Below are positions 7,020 through 14,216 of a stretch of DNA of 14,216 bases, piece by piece (within the stretch, counting starts at the first letter, position 1; each line of letters starts with the position of its first letter). The translations under genes were made by a program, and so were the position numbers. The notes below the pieces were generated by a model. The model was not told where the DNA came from and made no database searches. It saw only the letters and a program-made list of their open reading frames with translations. This DNA comes from an uncultured delta proteobacterium (lineage in GTDB: Bacteria > Myxococcota > Myxococcia > SLRQ01), in contig CAVSGM010000010.1 of the NCBI GenBank assembly GCA_963727485.1, positions 1 through 14,216 of the forward strand, given 5' to 3'.

Positions 7020-8000
7020 ATGATGTCGCGGCCCCCCGGCTCGGCTCGGCTCCCCGGGCCCCAGGACCTCCGGGGCCGGAAGATCCTCGTGGTGGACGAC
7101 GACGCCGCCAACCGGCGCTTCGTCCGCGAAGGCCTCGGCGACCTCTACGAGTTCCTCGAGGCCGGCGACGGCGAGGCGGCGCTGGCCCTGGTCCGCGACT
7201 ACCTCCCCGACCTGGTGATCTCCGACGTGGAGATGCCCGGGATGACCGGCTTCGAGCTGTGTCGCATCCTCAAGAGCGGCGACCGGTTCTCCTTCATCCC
7301 GGTGGTCCTGATGACCGCCCGGCCCGAGAGCCACTCCAAGGTGGAGGGCCTCGACCTCGGCGCCGACGACTACCTGGTCAAGCCCCTCAACCTCCTGGAG
7401 CTCGGGGCCCGGGTGCGGTCGATGCTGCGCCTCAAGTCGCTGCGGGACGAGCTGCTGTCCACCAACCAGCGCCTCCACGAGATCAACCAGAAGCTCCACG
7501 AGCTGTCGATGTACGACACGCTCACCGGCATCTTCAACCGCCTCTACTTCACCAAGCGCTTCGACTACGAGTTCCAGCGCGCGGCCCGGTACTCCATCCC
7601 CCTGACCTGCGTGATGATCGACATCGATCACTTCAAGAAGGTCAACGACACCCACGGCCACCAGTTCGGAGACCAGGTGCTGCGGGGGGTGGCGGGGATC
7701 CTCGAGGGGGCCCTGCGCAAGGTCAATCTCATCGCCCGCTACGGCGGCGAGGAGATGGTCGTCATCCTCCCCCAGACGCCCCTGGAGCGGGGGCACGAGG
7801 TCGCCGAGCGCCTCCGGGCGGCGGTGGCCGAGGCCGAGTTCTCCGACGGGCGCACCCAGCTCAAGTGCACCATCAGCCTCGGGGTCGCCGCCTACCCCCA
7901 CGACGGGGTGGAGAACGAGGACGACCTCCTCCGCCTCGCCGACGAGTCCCTCTACCGGGCCAAGGCCGGCGGGCGCAACCGGGTCGAGGTCCACCCGTGA
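7020..8000 (+). CDS. Response regulator diguanylate cyclase (REC-coiled coil-GGDEF, WspR-like architecture), 326 aa
   Basis: REC: ILVVDDD, PDLVISDVEMPGMTG, MTA, GADDYLVKP. GGDEF domain: DTLTGIFNR, MIDIDHFKKVNDTHGHQFGD, RYGGEEM, ADESLYRAKAGGRN. Confidence 0.95.
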   Translation: MMSRPPGSARLPGPQDLRGRKILVVDDDAANRRFVREGLGDLYEFLEAGDGEAALALVRDYLPDLVISDVEMPGMTGFELCRILKSGDRFSFIPVVLMTARPESHSKVEGLDLGADDYLVKPLNLLELGARVRSMLRLKSLRDELLSTNQRLHEINQKLHELSMYDTLTGIFNRLYFTKRFDYEFQRAARYSIPLTCVMIDIDHFKKVNDTHGHQFGDQVLRGVAGILEGALRKVNLIARYGGEEMVVILPQTPLERGHEVAERLRAAVAEAEFSDGRTQLKCTISLGVAAYPHDGVENEDDLLRLADESLYRAKAGGRNRVEVHP

Positions 8001-8383
8001 GGCGGGCCGCGGTCCTCGCCGTCGTCCTCCTGGGGGCGGCGGCGGGGTGCCACCATGGTCACGCCCCGGGGCCCGCCGACGCCTTCGTGCGCTTCGTGGG
8101 GGCCGCCGGCCGCGGGGACCAGGCGACGGCCTGGGGGCTCCTCTCCAGCGAGACCCGGGAGGCGGCCGAGCAGCTCGGGGCGCGACAGTCGCCGCCGGTC
8201 TCGGGGCGAAGCCTGCTCCTCGGCGGCGGCCTCGAGTTCACCCACGGCCTCGCCGACGTCTCGGTGGTCTCCCGCGCCGGCGACGCGGCGGTGCTCTCGG
8301 TCACCGCCGACGACGGCTCCAAGCGCCAGGTCACCCTCCACCGGGAGGACGGGGCCTGGAAGGTGGTCCTGCCGCTGCCGTGA
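7997..8383 (+). CDS. Small hypothetical lipoprotein (NTF2-like), 128 aa
   Basis: GTG overlaps the cyclase stop (GTGA). Signal peptide with AAGC lipobox. GDQATAWGLLSSETR and VTLHREDGAWKV are NTF2-like patterns. It is the 3' end of ORF 6626..8383. Confidence 0.75.
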   Translation: MRRAAVLAVVLLGAAAGCHHGHAPGPADAFVRFVGAAGRGDQATAWGLLSSETREAAEQLGARQSPPVSGRSLLLGGGLEFTHGLADVSVVSRAGDAAVLSVTADDGSKRQVTLHREDGAWKVVLPLP

Positions 8384-8511
8384 CGGCGCCGTCGGGGGCC
8401 CCGGCCGGGCCCGCCGCGGGGGCTTGCGCCCCGTAATCCTGGGCCTTTGCTGCGCCCATGGGCTATGTTGAGCCCCCGAATCCGACGGCCGAAACTGGAG
8501 CCCCGACACCC

Positions 8512-11161
8512 ATGAAGTCCCTGTCCACATCCGAGATCCGCAGCCGCTTCCTCGCCTACTTCGAGGCGAAGGGACACCGGGCGGTGCGCAGCGCCTCCCT
8601 GGTCCCCGTCGGCGACCCGACCCTCCTGTTCACCAACGCCGGGATGAACCAGTTCAAGGAGGTCTTCCTCGGCCGCGAGACCCGGGACTACGTCCGGGCC
8701 ACCAGCGCCCAGAAGTGCGTCCGCGCCGGGGGCAAGCACAACGACCTGGAGAACGTCGGGTTCACCGCCCGGCACCACACCTTCTTCGAGATGCTGGGGA
8801 ACTTCTCCTTCGGCGACTACTTCAAGCGCGACGCCATCCGCTACGCCTGGGAGTTCCTCACCGGCGAGATGGGCCTGCCCGTCGACCGCCTGTGGATCAC
8901 CGTGTTCCGCGACGACGACGAGGCCGCGGAGATCTGGGAGCAGGATGTCGGCGTCGCCCCAGAGCGCATCGGCCGCCTCGGCGAGAAGGACAACTTCTGG
9001 CAGATGGGCGACACCGGCCCCTGCGGGCCCTGCTCGGAGATCCACTTCTACCAGGGCGACCACCTGCCGTGCGGCGAGCCCGAGTGCCTCGGCGTCGAGT
9101 GCGAGTGCGACCGGTACCTGGAGATCTGGAACCTGGTCTTCATGCAGTTCGACCGGGACGCCGAAGGCGTGCTCCACCCCCTCCCGAGCCCCTCCATCGA
9201 CACCGGCATGGGCCTCGAGCGCATCGCCGCGGTGGTCCAGGGCCACGACTCCAACTACGACATCAATCTGTTCCGGGAGATCATCGCCTCGGTGGAGACC
9301 CTCTCGGGGAAGACCTACGGCGCCACCGTCGGCGACGACGACGTCTCCATGCGGGTCATCGCCGACCACGCCCGGGCCACGGCGTTCCTGGTGGGCGACG
9401 GGGTGCTCCCGGCCCCCGACGGCCGGGGCTACGTGCTCCGGCGGATCATGCGCCGGGCCATCCGCCACGGGCAGCGCCTCGGCCTCGAGGAGCTCTTCCT
9501 CGCCCGGGTCTGCGAGGGCGTCATCGACGCCATGCGCGCCGCCTACCCCGAGCTCGAGGAGCAGCGGGCGTTCATCGTCAAGGTCGCCGAGCAGGAGGAG
9601 CAGAGCTTCCGCCGCACCCTCGACCGGGGCCTGAAGATCCTCGACCAGGCGCTCGCCGGGCTCGCCGCCGGGGCGGTGGTTCCCGGCGAGGTCGCCTTCA
9701 AGCTCTACGACACCTATGGCTTCCCCCTCGACCTCACCGAGGTGATTTGCCGGGAGCGCGGGTACACCGTGGACACCCGGGGCTTCGAGGCGGCCCTCGA
9801 GGCCCAGCGCGCCGGGAGCGAGTGGAAGGGCTCCGGGGAGAGCGCCGACGCCGCGGCCCACAAGCTTCTCGCCGAGAAGCTCGGCCCCACCGAGTTCCTC
9901 GGCTACGAGTCGGAGGCCGGCGAGGCGAAGGTCGTCGCCATTCTCCGGGGCGGGGAGGCGGTCGAGTCCGCCGGCGCCGGCGAGCAGGTGGAGGTCGCCC
10001 TCGATCGGACGCCCTTCTACGGCGAGGGCGGCGGCCAGGTCGGGGACACCGGGACCCTGTGGCTCACCCCCGACCACGACGCCGGCTCGGTGGAGGTCGC
10101 CGACACCACCAAGCCCTCGGGGCTCTTCCTCCACCACGGCCGGGTCGAGGGGGGGACGCTGAAGGTCGGCGCCACGGTCTACCCGGCCGTCGACACCGAG
10201 CGCCGCCGGCGGATCCGCGCCAACCACTCGGCGACCCACCTCTTGCAGCTCGTCCTCAAGCAGGTCCTCGGCGACCACGTGAAGCAGGCGGGCTCCCTGG
10301 TGGCCCCGGAGCTCCTGCGCTTCGACTATACCCACTTCGAGGCCCCCACCCCCGAGCAGCTCGCCGAGGTGGAGCGCCGCCTCAACGACTACGTGTCGCG
10401 CAACGCGGCCACGGCCACCGAGGTCCTGCCCTTCGACGAGGCCAAGGGCCGCGGGGCCATCGCCATGTTCGGCGAGAAGTACGGCGACGTGGTGCGCACC
10501 GTGCGCATCGGCGAAGACTCCCTGGAGCTCTGCGGCGGCACCCACGTGCACCGGGCCGGGGACATCGGCCTGTTCAAGATTCGTCAGCGAGAGCTCGATC
10601 TCCGCCGGGGTGCGGCGGCTGACCGCCTACACCCAGGACGCGGCCGTGCGCCACGTGCAGGACGAGGAGCACGCCCTCCGCGAGGCGGCGGCGACGATGA
10701 AGGCGAGCCCCCTGGAGGTCGCCAAGAAGGCCGAGCAGTCGCTGCGCCGGATCAAGGAGCTGGAGAAGCAGGTCCAGGCCCTCGAGCAGCGCCTGGCCAC
10801 CGCCCGCGCGGTGGACGTGATGGCCGATGTCCGGGAGGTGAACGGGGTGAAGGTCCTCTCCATCCGCACCGAAACCTCGGATCCCAAGCGCCTCCGGGAG
10901 CTCGCCGACAAGCTGCGGGATCAGCTCGGCAGCGGGGTGGTGGTCCTGGGCGCCGAGCGCGAGGGCAGGGCCACGCTGCTGGTGGCGGTGACCCGCGACC
11001 TCATCCAGCGGCTCAAGGCGCCCGATCTCATCAAGGAGATCGCGCCGATGGTCGGCGGCAAGGGCGGGGGCAAGCCCGATCTCGCCCAGGCCGGCGGCAC
11101 CGAGCCGGCCCACCTCGACGAGGCCCTGTCCCGGGTCTACGAGCTGATCCCCGCGGCGTGA
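8512..11161 (+). CDS. alaS: Alanine--tRNA ligase; one +1 indel near 10580 (corrected length ~882 aa)
   Basis: DPTLLFTNAGMNQFK, RHHTFFEMLGNFSFGDYFK, GPCGPCSEI, IDTGMGLERI, NHSATHLL, ELCGGTHV. Removing one T in aagattcgtc restores KIVSESSISAGVRR and continues into ORF 10610..11161 with the C-Ala GGKGGGKPDLAQAGG motif. GGAG at 8497-8500. Confidence 0.97.
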
Positions 11162-11168
11162 GGAGCCG

Positions 11169-13404
11169 GTGACGCGCGGCGACACCCCGGTCACGGTCCG
11201 GCTCCGGCTCCCGTACCCGGACGCGCCCGCGTTCGTGGCGGCGTTCGCCCGCCACGTCACCGGGGGCCGCCTCTACCTGCCGACCCGCCAGGACCTCCCG
11301 AAGGGGACGGTGATCCGCTTCGAGCTCCTCGACCAGGGGGGGCGGCGGCTCCTCCTCGGCGAGGGCCCGGTGGTCGCCGACTCGGGGCCCGGGGGGCGGG
11401 TGGGGGTGAGGGTGCGGGTCCAGCGCCTCGCCGGCCCCAGCAAGCCCTTGTGGGCCGAGCTCACCCAGGACGCCGAGGCGACCGACACCGCCGCCGACGA
11501 GGACGCCGAGGCCCCGACCCAGACCTCCACGGTGTCCCTCCCGGAGGCCGGGGCCGACGCCCCCGCGGACCTCCGGTCGGTCCTCGCCGACGCGCGGATC
11601 CCCGAGCCCGCCGACGCCGCCGACGCCCACACCCCCGAGCCCGTCCGCGAGTTCCCCTGGGAGGAGCCCGGGGGCGAGGACGCGGACGCCGGGACCGAGG
11701 GCCCGGAGGAGACCCTGGTCGGCGTCTTCGCCCAGCCCACCTCCCTGCCGGTGGCGGCGCCCTCCCTGGGCATCGATCTGGGCACCAGCCGCACCCTGGC
11801 CGCGGTCGCCGACCAGGGCCGGGCGCGGATGGTGCGCCTCGGGGACCCCGGTGGGGGCCTGGCCTCGGTGGTGGCCCCGGGGGAGTGGGGCGGCCTCGAG
11901 GTCGGGGTGGCCGCCCTCCGCCGGCGCCTGGAGCAGCCCGAGAAGACCATCTTCGGGGCCAAGCGCCTCCTGGGCCGGAAGTTCCACGCCGCCACCACCC
12001 AGGCCCTGCGCCGCACGCTCCCCTATCCCCTGGTCGCCGATGACGCCGGGGGCGTGGCGGTCCCCCTCGACGACGGCGCCCTGTCCATCACCGAGGTCCA
12101 CGCCCGGATCCTCGACGTGGTGCGCACGGTGGTCACCGAGGAGGCCGGCGCCGCGCCAAAGCGGGTGGTGATCTCGGTCCCCGCGCACTTTGGCGACGCC
12201 CAGCGCGCGGCGGTGCGCGAGGCGGGGCTCCTCGCGGGGCTGGAGGTCACCCGCATCGTCAGCGAGCCCACCGCGGCGGCCCTGGCCTACGGCTACGGCC
12301 GGGGCCTCGCCGCCAAGCGCCTGGTGGTCTACGACCTCGGCGGGGGCACCTTCGACGTCTCGGTCCTCACCGTCTCCGGCGACCGCTTCGAGGTGGTGGC
12401 CACCGGCGGCGATGCCTTCCTCGGTGGGGTCGACTTCGACCTGCGGGTGGTGCGCCGGCTCCTCGAGGCCATGGCGGCCCAGGGCGGCCCCGCCGAGCCG
12501 GGACCCAGGCTCCTGGAGCGCCTGCTGATGGCCGCCGAGGAGGCCAAGGTCGCCCTCTCCGAGAAGGACAGCCACCAGAATCCGCCTCCAGGCCCTCTGG
12601 GAGGACGACGCCGGCGACGAGCACGACCTGGCCCTGGCGCTCACCCGCGGGAGCTGGGCAGCTCCGGCCAATCTGGTGGAGCGGACCGTGGCCATGACCC
12701 TCGAGGTCCTGGCCCAGCGCGAGCTCACCCCGGACCTCGTCGACGCGGTGCTCCTGGTCGGCGGCCAGTCGCGGATGCCGCGGGTAAGGGCGCGGGTGAC
12801 CGAGCTCTTCGGCGCGCCGCCCCGGGACGACGTGGACCCGGTGGAAGCGGTGGCCCTCGGCTGCGCGCTCCTCGCCGGGAGCCTGGGCACCGGCGACGAC
12901 CCCGAGGCCCCGGCGGTGCAGCTCCGGGACGTCCTCTCCATCGGCATCGGGGTGGGGCTGCCCGACGGGCGCCTGCTCCCAATCATCGAGGCGGCGACCC
13001 CCATCCCCTGCGAGCGCACCCTCCGCGTCGCCACCTCCGCCGACGACCAGCCGTCCCTGGAGGTCGTGGTGTTCCAGGGGCCCGGCCCCACCCTCGACGA
13101 CGCCGAGTTCCTCGGGAGCCTCGCCTTCGTGGGGCTGCCCCCGGGGAAGGCCGGCGAGGTGAGCCTCCAGGTGCGCTTCACCCTCGACCCCGAGGGCCTC
13201 CTCGAGGTGCAGGCGGTCAGCGAGGCCACCGGCGAGGCGGTGGCCCGGGTCTTCTCCACCGCGGACACCCCCGAGGCCCTCCGGGCCCGCCTCGCCGAGG
13301 GCCGGGCGGTGATCGGCGACCTCAACTTGCCCGGGGCCCTCGCCGCCGGCGACCGGGGCTTCCTCTCGAGGCTCCGGCGCCGGCTCTTCAAGGGCGAGCG
13401 ATGA
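11169..13404 (+). CDS. Atypical Hsp70/DnaK-family protein with N-terminal TIGR02266 (PilZ-like) domain; indel(s) at ~12579-12665 (corrected ~744 aa)
   Basis: N-terminal RLRLPYPDAPAFVAAFARHVTGGRLYLPT...PKGTVIRFEL...LLLGEGPVV, then an acidic linker. Hsp70 motifs GIDLGTS, AKRLLGR, SVPAHF, SEPTAAAL, YDLGGGTFDVS, LGGVDFD; after the shift at 12579-12580, VLLVGGQSRMPRV and an SBD-beta region (DDQPSLEVVVFQG...VRFTLDPEGLLEV). Stop at 13402-13404. Confidence 0.88.
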
Positions 13405-14216
13405 CCCGGCGCGCCCGTCTCCGGGGCCGCGGCGTGAAGCGCACCCTCCTGGTCGCTGCCGCCGCCGCCCTGGTCTCCGCCGGCATCACCATCTGGGTGA
13501 ACCGGCCGCCGCGGGTCGACGACACCTGGCGCCAGGTGGCGCCGGGGGTGGCCCACCGGGCGGTGATGCTCCCGGGCGGGGTGGGCGCCGAGGCCTTCCG
13601 AATTGACCTCTCCCAGGCGCGGATTGAGGTGGTCGACGCGCGCCCGGGCGGCGGCCGGGCCACCGCCCGGGAGCTGCGCCAGCGGGTCCCCGGGGCGGTG
13701 CTCGCGGTCAACGGCGGCTTCTTCGACGAGAGCGGTGCCCCCATGGGCCTGGTGCGCACCGGTGGCCAGGAGACCAACCCCCTGCGCCACGCGGACTGGG
13801 GGGTGTTCTGGGTCGCCGGAGAGACGGCGGGCATCGTCCACGCCCGGGCCTGGCGCGCCCACCCGGAGGCCGGCGCCACCGAGGCGATCCAGGCGGGCCC
13901 CCGGCTGGTGGTCGACGGCCAGCCCATGAAGCTCAAGCCCCAGGTGGCCCGGCGCACGGTGATCTGCGTCCGCCGCCCGGGGCAGGTGGTGCTGCTGGTC
14001 ACCGAGCCGGTGGGAGCGCCGAGCCTCGCCGGGTGGCTCTCGCGCCCCGCCCGCCGCGGGGGGGCCTCGGGTGCCACGACGCCCTGAACCTCGACGGCGG
14101 GCCGTCGACCCAGGCGTCCCTGCGCGCCGGCGACACCCGCCTGGAGGTCCTCGGCGGGTGGCCGGTGCCCACCGGGCTGGTGGTGGTGCCCCGGGCCGAG
14201 GTCGCCGACGGGGGCG
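13401..14216 (+). CDS. Phosphodiester glycosidase (NAGPA/DUF2233) family exported or membrane-anchored protein; frameshift in the G-run 14058-14064; runs off the window
   Basis: ATG overlaps the Hsp70 stop (ATGA). N-terminal hydrophobic helix. AVNGGFFD, AIQAGPRLVVDG, ARRT; after the shift, LGCHDALNLDGGPSTQ, the NAGPA-family signature. Confidence 0.85.

Noticed and set aside
8384..8430. GC-rich palindromes as terminator or T-box before alaS
   Set aside because: No U-tract and no T-box consensus. The region is too short, and such palindromes are expected at this GC content.
8059..10551. 830-aa minus-strand ORF (and similar long ORFs 11031..13862, 6951..7994, 1390..2286, 5941..6954)
   Set aside because: Antisense shadows of real genes. 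Strong GC3 bias removes stops in the mirror frame, and they carry no recognisable motifs.
10576..10590. Programmed frameshift or split alaS
   Set aside because: No slippery sequence is present. One extra T explains it, and similar indels occur throughout the window.
11169..14087. 972-aa Hsp70-NAGPA fusion in the ORF track
   Set aside because: Artefact of the frameshift at ~12579. The middle is out-of-frame Arg/Pro/Gly-rich sequence; Hsp70 ends at 13404 and the NAGPA gene has its own ATG and hydrophobic leader at 13401.

Overview
Very GC-rich chromosomal region, most likely from a Myxococcota (myxobacteria-like) genome, judged from its protein families. Gene order: partial NtrB/GlnL-like histidine kinase, recX, bamD, NTF2-like lipoprotein, TPR protein, M50 site-2 peptidase, FHA-DUF4388 protein, (minus strand) large Ig-like/Ca-binding surface lipoprotein, REC-GGDEF diguanylate cyclase, small lipoprotein, alaS, TIGR02266(PilZ-like)-Hsp70 fusion, and a partial NAGPA/phosphodiester glycosidase protein. 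Single-base frameshifts occur in four genes, including essential alaS, and look like long-read indel errors rather than pseudogenes. No RNA genes, CRISPR arrays or mobile elements were seen. The most notable observations are: -10 boxes placed 6-8 nt before start codons (probable leaderless mRNAs, including a divergent pair); a lidless PilZ-like-Hsp70 fusion coupled to a NAGPA-family gene; a cyclase with degenerate I-site and GGEEM A-site divergent from an adhesin-like lipoprotein; a TPR/site-2 protease/FHA signalling trio; and a structured 110-nt leader with possible alternative pairing. I cannot establish from sequence alone that any of these is a new system.
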